63,984 bases of DNA from Rhina ancylostomus (GCA_030265395.1 JARFYF010000084.1:63175176-63239159), one strand, 5' to 3'. Counted from the first letter of the stretch, positions 12,351 to 25,329 are shown. The notes: generated from the letters alone by a model not told the origin. Translations and numbers: made by a program.

Positions 12351-13453
12351 ATCAGCTTCACTACTTTTATCTTCTGTTGCTTTTCTTTCTTTTCAGTTTT
12401 GTAGATTTTTGCCTTCATTTCACCACATTGTCCTTCATTTTCTAAAACCTTTTCATATGTCTCAGGAATAATTGTTTTTGATTGATTATACTCCAACAGG
12501 ATATCCTGCAACATATAAAGCTGCAAGTTGTTCTTTTGTCATTGGACATGATTCACTGCTTATTTTTCCTTGCACATTATATTGAATTTACCATTCGTGT
12601 AGCTCCAAATTTATTACCCATTGCTTTAAAGCAGTTTGAAATTTGCTGCTTGCATTATTGATGTCATCATGCAAGGGTTCAGTCAATCCATTTTGAACAA
12701 CCCATTGTTTCTGACTTCATTGCTGACTGGTCCAAAGTTATATAACTTGATGCGATTGGAAATGTATTTTATGAACTATGTAGCTTGGTATCAATACTAC
12801 ACAGTGGGGGGGGGGGGGGTTGTAGAATATTTATATTTTTCATGACTTTAACTCTTTGTTTATTTCCTTGAACTGCTTTGTCTGACCTTGGTTGCAACAT
12901 CAGGATTGCATTATGCATTCTCTTTATTTGCTTGTGAACCACCCTTTATGAATGCAGACAACAGTCAACCTGGCCTAGGGTGTACCTGTGAAGTGCAACT
13001 TCAAGTGTTATTTAAATAGTGGTTCACAATCTTTCAGTATTTTAATGTGCTATTTTAATTACTTTTAATTCTGATAGTGCAGCCCCTTTCGTAAATGTAG
13101 GGGCAAAACAATTCTCTTTTAATCAATTAATTCTCCCCAGGGTAATTTGTGAATTACCTGAGTAATTGAGAAACAGAGATGGAATTTTTCTTTAATTCTT
13201 CTTGTGGTTTGTTTAAAGGCTGTATGAAATTTCTCTGAATGATCCAGGTTCTGCTTTCATGGAGTTTAATCCAGAAAACACTGGTGTTCCAAATGTGCAT
13301 GAAGATGTGTTTATGGACTATGTTCAATTATTCTTTCTTTAAGTGTTTTCTGTTTTGTCCTGCAGCAGTTAGGCCATTATTTACTAATGTTTAATAAAGT
13401 TGCTGCAGGTGAATTTTGTGTCAAAATATTACCGAGGGCTTCAAAGGACTATT

Positions 13454-14084
13454 TACTCAAAATTATTCATCATTGCCTAATTTGTTACTGGGATACAAGT
13501 CATAAAGTGCTAACCAGACTACCCTGAGGTCAACAGTAGTAAATTTAATCAGATTCAGCAAAATGTGCATGGTGTGCCTTAAAATCCCTTAGGATCATAA
13601 CTTATACAGTACTCCCCTGGCTTTAGCGCCACACTATTACCGAACCAGCGACCGGGGTTCGATTCCCGTCACTGTCTGTAAGGAGTTTGTACATTCTCCT
13701 GTGTCTGCGTGGATTTTCTCCGGGTGCTCTGGTTTCCTCCCACATTCTAAAGACATATGGGTAGGTTAATTTGGAGTTTAAATTGGGCGCCGTGGACTCG
13801 TTGGGTCGGAAGGGCCTGTTCCCACACTGTAAATAAAATTTTAAAAAAATTAAAAATTTAAAAATTACCCTCTGAATAAGCTGGAAAATTGCACTTGCTG
13901 GAACCAAGCTCAAAAAGCCAGGGGAGTACTGTATCAGGTATGACCCTAAGGGATTTTAAGGCACACCATGCACATTTTGCTGAATCTGATTAAATTTGCT
14001 GCTGTTGACCTCAGAGTAGTCTGTTTAGCACTTTATAACTTGTATCCCAGTGGCAAATAAGGCAATGATGAATAATTTTGAGTA
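13454..14084. repeat. 171-bp inverted repeat pair (13454-13624 / 13914-14084) with 289-bp spacer
   Basis: Manual alignment of the left arm to the reverse complement of the right arm is ungapped with ~11 mismatches in 171 bp. The structure begins and ends with TA. Confidence 0.95.
13625..13865 (+). mobile_element. 5'-truncated tRNA-derived V-SINE (HE1-like) with CR1-type tail
   Basis: B box ggttcgattcc at 13656-13666; V-domain ctgcgtggattttctccgggtgctctggtttcctcccacattc; tail gttgggtcggaagggcctgtt followed by an AT/A-rich end. Confidence 0.88.
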
Positions 14085-14594
14085 GGATATTGTTTTGTTT
14101 TCATACTTATGAGGACTGGCTCTCTGATGATCTACAATTGCTTTCTATCAGTTTCTAGAGCTTTATGTTATGCAATAAGCAATTTAAAGACAAAAAAATG
14201 CAGCAGTCTGTTTTATCCATGAGGCAATAGATGTTAGATATATGCCCCACAGGAAAGGGCACACAAACAACAGGTTGCCATGTTTTGGTGCTGATAACAC
14301 TACTTTGATCTAACAACAAATGTGAATCCAGTGCAGTTACTATGATTAGGACTTCTGATGACCAATCAATTAAGCATTCTTTTGGTGAGGACAAACAAAG
14401 GAAAGGAGGACATTTCACCCTAGCTTTCATGTAGATGTTATTGAACACAAAGCTGCACTGTTAAAGAGAAATCGTAATAGTGTATTAGACTATTTTGAGA
14501 TTAACAATATAAACTGCTGAAAGTTTTGTTTGCAATTGAGGATCCAAGTTGAGACACAATATAGGACAAGATTGACAAGAGTTAAAGAAAAGTT

Positions 14595-16400
14595 AACATG
14601 AGAAGTAACAGCTGGAGCAAACCATTCAGTCCCTTGTGCCAGCTCCACATTCACTAATATCATGGTTGGTCTTTAACCTCAGCACCAGTTTCCTGCAATT
14701 CTCCCAAAATCATTGATTCCCAAATTATCTAAAAAAAATCTGTACTCAGTGAATGAGCCTCCACAACCTTCTTGGGCACTGATGAGAAAAAAAGTCTTCA
14801 TTCAGTGAATACTTAAATTAACCATATTCTGGGTGAAGATTTTTTTTCCCTCTCATTGAAGTCCTGAATGACTGACTCTTTATTTTGAATTTCTAGACAC
14901 TCCAGCCAGGGAAAACACCATTCCTCTATCCACTCTGTGTAAGCTCATAAGAGTGTTCTATGTTTCAATTACAGCACCTCTCTTTCTTCTAAACTCAAGG
15001 TTTGCTTAACCTCTCCTCACAGGAGAAATCCCACCTCACACATCCCAGGAAACTCTGGTGAAACTTTATTGCACTTCCTCTGTTACCTTCCTTATATTAG
15101 GAAACCACATCTGTACGTAATATCCCCAGTGAAGTTTTATCAGGACCCCATACAATTACAGCAATTATGTACTCGAATCTTCTTGCAATAAAAGCCAATG
15201 TATTGCTTGCCTTCCTAACTGCTTGTTAAACCTGCACTTTAATTTTCAGGGATCTGTGTACAAGACCATCTAAGTCCCTCTGAACTCCAATTGTCATTCA
15301 CTCAGCAATGAAAAAAATACTCTTTTTTTCTTCTTTTTTTTTCTGCCAGTGTGGATGACCTTACATTTTTCCACATAGTGTCTCATCTGCCATAAACTAG
15401 CCCATTCACTTAACCTGTATACAACCCCTTGAAGCTTCTCTGCACTTAACATCTGTTTTTCTGTTTACCTCTAGATAAACAAATAGTACTTTCCCTTTCC
15501 TTAAATATGTCATGGCCATCCCTTGCTGAATTTTGCAACTTTCCCAATGCTCAGGCTTAGTGCTTTTTTGGCAATAATATATGCCTTTTCCTTTAACGTC
15601 TCTCATTAACCATAGCTGCAGCACTTTTCCTGTTGTTTCTATGTACCTTAAACTGTGTGGTAAACTTTGTATTAATTCTTTAATGGTTAGCCATTGCTTG
15701 TTTACTGCCATTACCTTTTAACTTGGTTTCCCAATCTACCATAGCCAGTTCATGCCTACGTAGTTTACTTTGTTTAGCTTTAAGACCTTGGTTTCAGATT
15801 GAGCTAAATCACTTTCAATTTTCATATTATAATTAGTCTTCTCTGAAGTCATCTAAGATACAAGATTATTAGTTAATCCTTTGTTAATGAATCCTTTTCC
15901 GTCATTGGTCCTTCAACATTCTGATCTAGAAAACTGTTCCTTGTACACTCCATGAATTGGTCTTCCACACCATTACTATTAAGTTGATTTGTCTGGTCTA
16001 CATGTAGATTAAAGTCCCCCAATATTATTGGATTGGGTCACATGTGTGTCTAATTTCCTGATTTATACGAGGCCTATGTTACCACTACTCCTTGAGGTCT
16101 ATAGGTAACTTCCATCGATTTTTTCTACCTCTTCCTATTTCTTAATTTAACCTAAACCAATACTACAACTTGATTTTTTGAATGAGGATCTTGTATCTTG
16201 ACTGCCTTTATCTCATTCTTTATTATCAGGTTACCCCACCAACTTTTCCCTTCTGCTCATCTCTTATAAAAGTTATGTACGCAGAATATTTAGTTCTCCA
16301 CATTGGTCACTTTGTGACTGTGCCTCTATCGTGGTCATTAGAGAAAGCCCATTTATTTAGATTAATTCATTGCATAAATCAATCTGGTTATGACAACAAG
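14595..16400 (-). mobile_element. degraded CR1 LINE fragments (3' end and more 5' ORF2 parts)
   Basis: aacatgagaagt...ggagcaaaccattcagtccc tail, cttgcaataaaagccaatg, gtggatgaccttacattttccaca (reverse of KCEVIHF) and gtagattaaagtccccca (reverse of GDFNL). Confidence 0.7.
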
Positions 16401-17734
16401 CTTTCAATCTCGTCTTTTTCCAACTTTGTCCCTGCTCTGACTCTAAATGGAGGTGTACTCTTTAGGCTTGAATGTCCTTTCCCTTCCTGCTGTACTCTGG
16501 TTATCATTGCCCATTTTGCTGCTCAGCGCAATTCCCTTGACCTTTCTTTCTAATTTTCTGACTTTTCCTTAATGATATGTTAAACTAAATGGCCCATGGA
16601 TATCTGCTTTCTGTCTCTGCCTTTTGAAGAAAGGAGTTATATTTGCTATTTTTGAATAAGACCAAGAAGTGAGAGTGTTAATGATGAAGATATTGCTTTT
16701 CTATTCATGAAACTCTCCATAGAACAATTGTAGCTTCTACTTATTGGAACCAGTGAGAACCTTGTTTTGAATTTCATTTTTTTTGCTTCTATTCTCCTGT
16801 TGTTTATAATGAGTAGTAATGAAAATGAAATTTTAGACTGGAAAAATAAATTTCCTGATGCAAGTTTCCTTTCTCTGTAGCATAACATGGAGGAGGAAGT
16901 GAAAACGGAATAAGTTAGATCAGTGGTACTCAGAGTGAGCCATTACAGGAGATATTTGTTTGCCACCATGATGACCCTTCCACTAGGTTTACAGACTTTC
17001 CTCTCTGTTAATGTTCTCCCTATACAACTAATTAGTCAACTCAAGTGCAAAAAACTCAGAAAATCTATGATGTTTCTGAAGTCAAAGTATCTCTATTCAG
17101 CAAAATGATGTGCACAATATTATGCTGACAGCTAAGGGCACTTTATACTCACTGCTTACCTCTTGTGGTAGAGTCTTTCAGTGAAATTTTTCTTAGCTTT
17201 TCAACAAGGTGGTTCTTCCTCAGTTAATGGTGGGTGGGTGGGTGGGTTGTTGAGAGGCAGGTAGCCAGAATACATCTGCTGAAGATTTCAAGGACCAAAG
17301 TGATCCTCATTTTAATGAAGATCCTATCTCTGGTAATCTTTCTCATGTCAAGATGTGGCAGGTTCAGGCCTGAGGTTTACTCAGATGTTGTCATTAGAGG
17401 GTTTGTGGGCCTCACCATCAGATCTGCGTGAGTCAGTTGCATCGGTGACCATTTGTTGCAGGTCTGTGCTGGGCACAGGCTCAAAATCTCCTATTACAAC
17501 AGATAGTTTAGCATCAGGTTAGTCTTGGATGCTATGCTTTTCTGAATATCTGTGTCCTTAATACTTAACCCTGGACTCTTGGCACCATAGATACTTCCTG
17601 GACTTCAGCACTCTCTAAGGTATTCCCTTTATTATTCTAAACATGAAGCTAGAAATGTGTACCTGGTCGTTTTCTATTTATCCATCATTTCAACTGCTTG
17701 CATGAAGGCCAATTCACCAGCTGTAGATAAACTT

Positions 17735-18105
17735 CAGTCTTGGCCCTGAGTCAGATGGGGTTGGTTTCACATTACCCTCAACAGACTTGGGCACAAAAGT
17801 TCTGGTAGTACTTGAGGCAATAGTGCAGTATTGGAAGTGCCATCTTTGGAATGAATTCATCTGACCTATTGGTGCAATTGAAGGATCCCAATGATACAAT
17901 ATTGAAAGAGTTTAGAGTTATGCACAATATCTAAAACAACACTTGTTTCTTAGTCAATGTCATGAAAAACAGGTTATATGATTGTTATTACAATCTTGTT
18001 AATGTAAATTGGCTGCTGTGATTCCAACAATAATGACACTAAGTTGGCTTTAAATCTCTTCAGACTTCCTAAAGTAACTATGCAATGAAAGGATCTTTTC
18101 TTTTC
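17735..18105 (+). mobile_element. DeuSINE/SacSINE1-like SINE (degraded)
   Basis: ctgagtcaga head, gcagtattggaagtgccatctttggaatga (Deu-domain-like) and gtaaattggctgctgtg tail. Confidence 0.65.
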
Positions 18106-18909
18106 ATGCTCTGGATTCATTGATTTTGAAAGATCTTGTGATCTGCAACTCAGGGCTCCTTATTTAAGCACAGGCATTTTGCTACTTCCTGAAGGGAAGA
18201 GTTTTCTTCTCTTCAGTCTCCAGATCCTTATATTCATAAGCTTCATCCTGTAAAAATCATCCTGTAAAAATCTACCTGTTTGCCTACCCTCTTGAGTGGG
18301 TGTCAGTGGGCTATTGAAGAAGCTTGTCAGAAGCCACAATCAAATTGGTAAGAATGGAATCCTGTAATCTTTTTTGCCTCTCTGTCAATGCTATCCCCTA
18401 GGATATTGAAAATGTTTTTTTTCAACTCCATGAGCTATCATGTTGCTTCTTGAAGATATACTGGTGAGTCAGTGTTTTTTTTTCTATGCTTTGATGTTCC
18501 TTCCAGTGCTCAAGTTGTTTCCAAAGAGCTTCTTGTATAAGAAGAACAAATGGTAACAGTGAGATTCTAACTATAATATTGACAATTAGGCTGTTTAAGT
18601 GTTATTAAAAATTAAACTGATTCATTAATATTCTGTTGATATTGAATTTTATCGTCCAGTATAATTCATGCCAACTTCATGATAAAATAGCACAAGAGCA
18701 GATACAGCGCAGAGGTGAGAGGTAGCTCAGTATAAAGCATAGTAGAGATTTGCCCAGTATAAAGCAAAGAACTGACCTACTATAAAATGGAAGAATGTGA
18801 TTGGAATATACAAAGCAATGTAAGTGCACATGGAGTAACAGTGATTGGTTACAGATATGTATAGTGTAGAGATTAAGAGTTTTTGGCAGTTGTATTAAGT
18901 TAGTTCAAG

Positions 18910-20394
18910 GTGAGCAAGCTGTTGGAAAAGATTCTTAGAGATAGGATCTATGGGCATTTAGAGAATCATGGTCTGATCAGGGACAGCCAGCATGACTTTG
19001 TGAAGGGCAGAGCATGTCTCACAAGCCTGAAAGGATTCTTTGAGGAGGTGACCAGACAGATTGATGAGGGTAGTGTCGTGGATGTGGTCTACATGGATTT
19101 TAGTATGGCATTTGAGAAGGTTCCACATGGTAGGCTTCTTCAGAAGGTCAGAGGGTATGGGATCCAGGGAAGCTTGCCCATTCAGAATTGGCTTGCCTGT
19201 AGAAAGCAGAGGGTTGTGGTGGACAGAGTGCATTCAGATTGGAGGGCTGTGACTAGCGCTGTCCCACAAGGATCTGTTCTGGGACATCTACTTCTTGTGT
19301 TTTTTATTAATGACTTGGATGAAGGGGTAGAAGGGTGGGTTGACAAATTTGCAGATGACACAAAGGTTGGTGGTGTTGTGGGTAGTGTGGAGGACTGTCA
19401 AAGATTGCAGAGGGCTATTGATAGGATGCAGAGCTGGGCTGAGAAGTGGCAGATGGAGTTCAATCTGGATAAGTGTGAGGTAGTAGATTTTGGAAGGACA
19501 ACTCCAAGGCAGAGTAAAAAGTTAATGGCAGGTTTCTGGGTAGTGTGGAGGAGCAGAGGAATCTGGGGGTTCATATCCACAGATCCCTGTAAGTTGCCTC
19601 ACAGTTGGATAGGGTAGTTAAGAAAGCTTATGGGATGTTAGCTTTCGTAAGACGTGGAATCGAGTTTAAGAGCCACGAGGTAATGATGCAGCTCTACAAA
19701 GCTCTGGTTAGACCACACTTAGAGTAATGTGTCCAGTTCTGGTTGCCTCATTATAGGAAGGATGTGGAAGTGTTGGAAAGAGTGCAGAGGAGATTTACCA
19801 GGATGCTGCCTGGATTGGAGAGTATGGATTGTGAGGAGAGACTAAGGGAGCTAGGACTTTACTCATTGGAGAGAAGGAGGATCAGAGGAGACATGATAGA
19901 GGTATACAAAATATTAAGAGGAATAGATCGAGTGGACAGCCAGCGCCTCTTTCCCAGGGCACCAATGCTCAATACAAGAGAGCATGGCTTTAAGGTAATA
20001 GGTGGGAAGTTCAAGGGACATATCAGAGGGAGGTTTTTCACCCAGAGAGTGGTTGGTGCATGGAATGCACTGCCTGGGGTGGTGGTGGAGGCTGATNNNN
20101 NNNNNNNNNNNNNNNNNNNNNNNNNNNNNNNNNNNNNNNNNNNNNNNNNNNNNNNNNNNNNNNNNNNNNNNNNNNNNNNNNNNNNNNNNNNNNNNNGGAA
20201 TGCGCTGTCTGGGGCAGTGGTGGAGGCAGGTACATTGGTCAAATTCAAGAGATTACTAGATAAGCATTTGGAAGAATTTAAAATAGGGGATATGTGGGGG
20301 AAGGGGTTAGATAATCTTATGTGAGGTTTAAAGGTCGGCACAACATTGTGGGCCGAAGGGCCTGCATTGTGCTGTACTTTCTATGATTCTATGA
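18910..20394 (+). mobile_element. 5'-truncated CR1/HER1-type LINE (RT pseudogene plus 3' end)
   Basis: ORFs 18910-19617 (SQHDF..GRACLT, YMDFSMAFEKVPH, VPQGSVLG, KFADDTK) and 19743-20324 (ERVQRRFTRM...RFFTQRVVGAWNALP) are separated by a frameshift and stop. The 3' tail is gggccgaagggcctg...ttctatgattctatga. Confidence 0.97.
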
Positions 20395-21718
20395 TAGTTG
20401 ATTTTAGTGATTACTTTTTTTGATGGTCACTGATCCTGTGTTTTTGTTGAATCTGGAGCATCAGACCATATTGTAGTTAGGCTTAGAGTATTTAAGGAAA
20501 GGGCCAAAGTCAAAATAAGCTCAGAGCCAATTTTAGTAATTTGAGAAGTGATTTACCATTTAGTTGGAAAAATAAGATGACCAGGAAAACTGTAAATGAA
20601 CAACAATGATGTTCAATACAGGAGGAGCTTTGGTACAAATGCCGAAAAGGTAGCAAAGAAATCAAGTTAGTCTCCTGGATGACAAAGGGAAGGGAGGTTA
20701 AAATAAAACAGAAATCAGAGATTTATGACTAAAGTCAGATGCAGAATACATGAAGTGCAGGCACCTTCAGGGGCAACCAAAGATGGTCAGTAAAGTCCAC
20801 CCACGTCAGAACTTTATTCATCCCAAGAATGGAAACAAAAATAACCAAACTTTGGAAAGTAGGTCACCCGCCTCTATTCCAATTGTTTTTCCATTGAACA
20901 CTAACATGATGGAGTATGAGGAGGAGCCATGCTTCATTTCATTCTGATGTTTGCATCCTTCCATTGATAATGCCTGCAATAATAGGCACCCTTTAAGTAG
21001 CTTCCCTACAAAAGCAGCATGGCCCTTTTTACAGGCAATGAAAGTTTAAATGGAGAATTAATATTATGCAAACATTTTACTGGAGATTCTCTGATATTGA
21101 TTCCAAGAGGGCATGTGGAGGATTGGAATATTTTATGCGTCTATCATTTCAATAAGGTCTATCTGGGAAATGGGTGCTTTGTCAATACATTGGATAACTT
21201 GGTGAGGTTCTTCATAACCTTCCAAAGTGCATGCTTCTTCATAAACTGGAGGAGATTGAACTAAGTGCTTCTGCCACACACTCACCACCTGAAGCTACAA
21301 TCTCCACATTTTAACCCTAGTTCTCCCTTTTATTGAAATTAATGTTCTCAGTCTCCTAAATGGTTTCTATTTCTATTAGTATCATGCGATAACATAGAAT
21401 TATACTTGGCGGTTCAAGGTGACCAGATGTCATCCAGTGTGATTGAAAGGCAGTTAAGATGAGCGGAATTCTAATATAGGACATTCACCTCTGACATTTT
21501 TGAGATTGGAGACTGGAGCTGATATTTTTTTGTGAAGCAGGTAAATTGAGATAATCTAATTGTATGGCAGAAGAGGAATGAATAGTCAGTCCTGATCCCC
21601 AAATGCACAGTATGTTAATGTTAAAATGGAGTCACAAGTTAGCTTGTTTATATGTACCTGTAATTGTGAACGTCGCATAAACTAGAAAACTTATTTCTCA
21701 TCTCCTCTTATGCGGAAG

Positions 21719-21755
21719 ACTCACTCACTCACTCACTCACTCAATCACGCACTCA
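21719..21755 (+). repeat. (ACTC)n microsatellite
   Basis: actcactcactcactcactcactcaatcacgcactca. Confidence 0.9.
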
Positions 21756-22754
21756 GTTTTCCTAAATTCAAGGCATTTGTGTTGGAAAACTAAACTTCCA
21801 AGAGTTCTCCTTGTTTATCTTCAGCTTTAATTGGAAAGAAGTTTTAAGTTTAACCATTGAGCCCATAAGAGTTGCTAACATTGAATAATCTGTCTCCTGA
21901 TCAAAGAAATCAACAGAATATTGGTGGTTGGTGTTAAATGTTGATGGTTATGAGCTGATTTAACCCACGGTGCAAATTTAAATGCAAATGGTGCTGTGAA
22001 AATACCAGAACACTGTTACCTGCCTTACATATTATAAGAAATTTTAAGTTATATTTATTTGAAACATCAAGATACTTAGCACTTTTCTAATTAAGTTATA
22101 CTTAAATAAATCTGTGTTTGAGTTTATTTAAAACAATTAGTTTGTACTTCATAGTGGAACAGCATCAGAACAAGGCTGCTGGTCTCCATTGTTTTGTTGA
22201 TTTCACAATGACAGGAAGTTATTGGTGGTACAAGAATTCACTTAGCAGAGAAAGAGATAACATCAAGATTTAGAGATTTCAGAACTTTTATCAATTAAAT
22301 TGAAGTGTGTGTGTTTTTAATTGGAAATTTTGATTTAATAAGCAAATGCCACATACACCTGAATTAAAAGGATTTGGAGTCTCAGAGAGGCACCAATGCT
22401 ACCTCTCATTTCTGGTCACTGCAGTACTTGTCCTACATGCTGAGAGCATCTTTCAAACTCCCAATAGGGATGTGGTGATCATCCATCAGTCAACAATGTT
22501 CAAAATGACTTGTTAAATCTCACCCATTTTACATAGGGTGCTTATAGGCATTAGCTTAGCAGTAAACCTATAGTAGCAAGAAGTATTATCCTCTGATATC
22601 GAACTTGCTCAGTTTAATTCACTTTAGGCATTATCATTGGTCACTGGATGAAGGTATTTGCATTTACTGGAACAGAAAGTGCCTTCTATTTTATTAGTAT
22701 GTAGATGGATGTAATTGCAGGAATATCATCACAAATTTAAACACATGCATTCAT

Positions 22755-23095
22755 ATAGTGCTTTTCATGATCCTAGACTATCCTAAAATACCTTCTGGTC
22801 AATGAAATGCTTTTTAATTGCAGACACTGCTGAAGTATAGTAAATGCAGCAGAAAAATTGAGCACAGCACAATACCTCCAACAGCAATGTGATAATGACT
22901 TCAGAATCTGTTTACTAATGCTGGTTAAGTGATAAATATTGGACAAGAGACCATAATGTTTGTCTGAGTCCTTTTTCAGAATTGTACAGTGTGGTTTTAC
23001 ATAAGCAGCCTGAGAGGTCAGACAAGCTTGCCTAATTTGCATTTGAAAGATGGTACATCCAATTTTGCAACGCTTCCTCAAGTATCCCATTGGAG
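22755..23095 (-). mobile_element. DeuSINE/SacSINE1-like SINE (degraded)
   Basis: aacagcaatgtgataatgac...ggttaagtgataaatattggacaagagacc...cctgagagg...tttgaaagatggtac is the reverse complement of the DeuSINE-type body. Confidence 0.7.
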
Positions 23096-23109
23096 AGTCA
23101 GGCTAGAGA

Positions 23110-23245
23110 GTTGTGATACACAAGAGACTGCAGATGCTGAAATCTACAGCAACAAACAATCTACTGGAGGAACTCAATGGGTTGAGCGGCATCTGTGGGA
23201 GGAAATGGATTGTCAACATTTCGGGTTGAAACCCTGCATAAGGAC
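23110..23245 (-). mobile_element. Penelope-like terminal repeat with degenerate hammerhead
   Basis: gatacacaagagactgcagatgctg...ctggaggaactca...gtcaacatttcgggttgaaaccctgcataaggac. Confidence 0.8.
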
Positions 23246-23379
23246 ATTTGTACTTGATGTGTGGCCTTACTCTCTCAAGGGTATTGAGGGAATGAAGGAA
23301 ATGTTTTACCTTGAAAGCTCAGACCGACAGCAGAGACTCAGACACGTGGAATAAGATCCTAAGAGGTCATAGAGTCATA

Positions 23380-23872
23380 GAGAAACAAAGGACTGCAGAT
23401 GCTGGAATATCTAGATGAAAAACACATTGATGCTGGAGGAACTCAGCAGGCCAGGCAGCATCCGTGGAGAAAAGCAGATGGTCAACGTTTTGGGTCGGGA
23501 GCCTTCTTCAGGACTGAGGATAGGAAAAAGGGAAGCCCGATATATAGGTGCGAAAAACAGAGCAGTGATAGGTGGACAAAAGAGGGGAGGNNNNNNNNNN
23601 NNNNNNNNNNNNNNNNNNNNNNNNNNNNNNNNNNNNNNNNNNNNNNNNNNNNNNNNNNNNNNNNNNNNNNNNNTCCACTGGCGGATGGGTCAAAGGTAAG
23701 AAGGAAAAAGGGGTAGAAAAAAGAGAGATAGGCTAGGAAAGGGGAGAAAAGGGGAGGGATTGTTGTGGTAGGAGGTGGGTGGTTGAGGGGATTATTTAAA
23801 GTGGGAGAATTCAATGTTAATGCCATTAGGCTGCAAGATTCCAAGACACAAAATGAGGTGCTGTTCCTCCAC
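23380..23872 (-). mobile_element. Penelope-like element 3' end: GIY-YIG C-terminus, pyrimidine-rich UTR, hammerhead motif, terminal repeat
   Basis: Minus 23870-23795 reads EEQHLILCLGILQPNGINIEFSHF, similar to the Penelope endonuclease end LEEQHLIFRLGTLQPxGxNIEF. The hammerhead-like motif lies at 23480-23515. Confidence 0.88.
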
Positions 23873-25269
23873 ATTCCTCTACAAGGAACAGCACTACAGC
23901 ACTCCATTTTCTGTCTTGGAACAGGACCTGTCAGCACCTATTTTGTTAAAAGTATGCCTGGTAACAAAGTGATACTTCCACTGACTTGATTTTGTAGATT
24001 AGTTTATAGGTTATTTAAACTACTTACTACTTTTGGATATTTCTGCGCAATCTATCAATGAGTATAGATGGATAGAAATTTACTGCAGTGTTGAGTTCAG
24101 TTAGCACAGATGCTCCCATCAGTGAGTGGGAGGACCATAACTCGTAAGTGTAGCTATTGGTGTTGACAAACCACTTCCTCTGATTGTTGCTGCAAAAAAA
24201 AAGGCAGGTATGTGGGTCCTGAGAACTTGTATTCAAACCAGCAAACCCTTGCAGGTCAGATGTGCCTCTCGGGGACGATGAAAAGTAGGACTGGTGCGTT
24301 CTTGATTTCAATAGNNNNNNNNNNNNNNNNNNNNNNNNNNNNNNNNNNNNNNNNNNNNNNNNNNNNNNNNNNNNNNNNNNNNNNNNNNNNNNNNNNNNNN
24401 NNNNNNNNNNNNNNTAGGACTGGTGAGTTCTTGATTTCAATAGTGTTGTTCTTTTTTTATTAAGAAATATCCACAAATTGTTTACATTTTAGATCTAAGC
24501 AAAATATAGCAGGGAGATAAAAAAAAATGATCAATCGTAAATTAATATTGTTAACGCTCTGTGGGAGAATGAGAAACTTCAAAACTGTGGTTTTTGAAAT
24601 ATTAGCACGTTGAGAAAAATTTAAAGATTTCAATCAAAGCATAAAGTGCTGTGTCTGCATCACATGGTGCAATTACTATGCTTCCCTTAGTTAATGACTC
24701 AAATATGAAAATTTAATTCACTTTGCAGTGTTGTTAAGTGTTTAATGTTTTAATGATTATGACACTTCACAAAGTAACAATGCCAGCATATACTGAATGA
24801 CTAGCCCAGTTGCCACCAGCTTTTAGTATAAAACTCTGGTGCAAATGAAACTTGTGTCATGTCTGTATTCTATCATTGCATGAATTTCAATCAGAACGTG
24901 CAAGGCCACACTCAAAATGTGATCAGTTTGTCATATTCAAGAGCAATCTACAAAATAAAGATGTCTACTTTTTCCCATGGTAGTTGGTCAAATGTGAACT
25001 ATGTGCTCTTAGCTCCGAGCCTATTAAAATCACAATTATCCATCAGTTGATACTCGTTCATTCCTCTATCCCCACACAGTTGAACTGTTACCAGACTGGT
25101 ACTATCACATGATGTAAACAAATTAAAAATGTCATCCTAAAGAAACTAAGTTTGGATCTATAATAAAGGAAATGCATTATATACGGCAACAATTGAGACA
25201 AAAGGAAGTGCAAGAATGACTTGGTCGTCAAGTATTAGTGGAATTAAATTCAAAGGTAGATGGTCAAAG

Positions 25270-25329
25270 GTTAATCTGATGATTAGATCATCTGTTAATC
25301 TGATGATTTGATAATCTGTTAATCTGATC
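25270..25329 (+). repeat. 24-bp tandem repeat x2.5
   Basis: gttaatctgatgattagatcatct gttaatctgatgatttgataatct gttaatctgat. Confidence 0.85.

Noticed and set aside
13640-13670. tRNA-like T-arm ggttcgattccc
   Set aside because: It is the head of a tRNA-derived SINE, followed by the V-domain; there is no full cloverleaf.
18910-19617. 235-aa reverse transcriptase ORF as a possible domesticated gene or novel RT system
   Set aside because: It is 5'-truncated and frameshifted, has an in-frame stop downstream, and ends in a standard CR1 3' tail: an ordinary dead LINE copy.
24286-24443. Direct repeat taggactggtg[c/a]gttcttgatttcaatag, superficially CRISPR-like
   Set aside because: Only two copies, either side of a 100-N gap, in a vertebrate genome; an assembly overlap.
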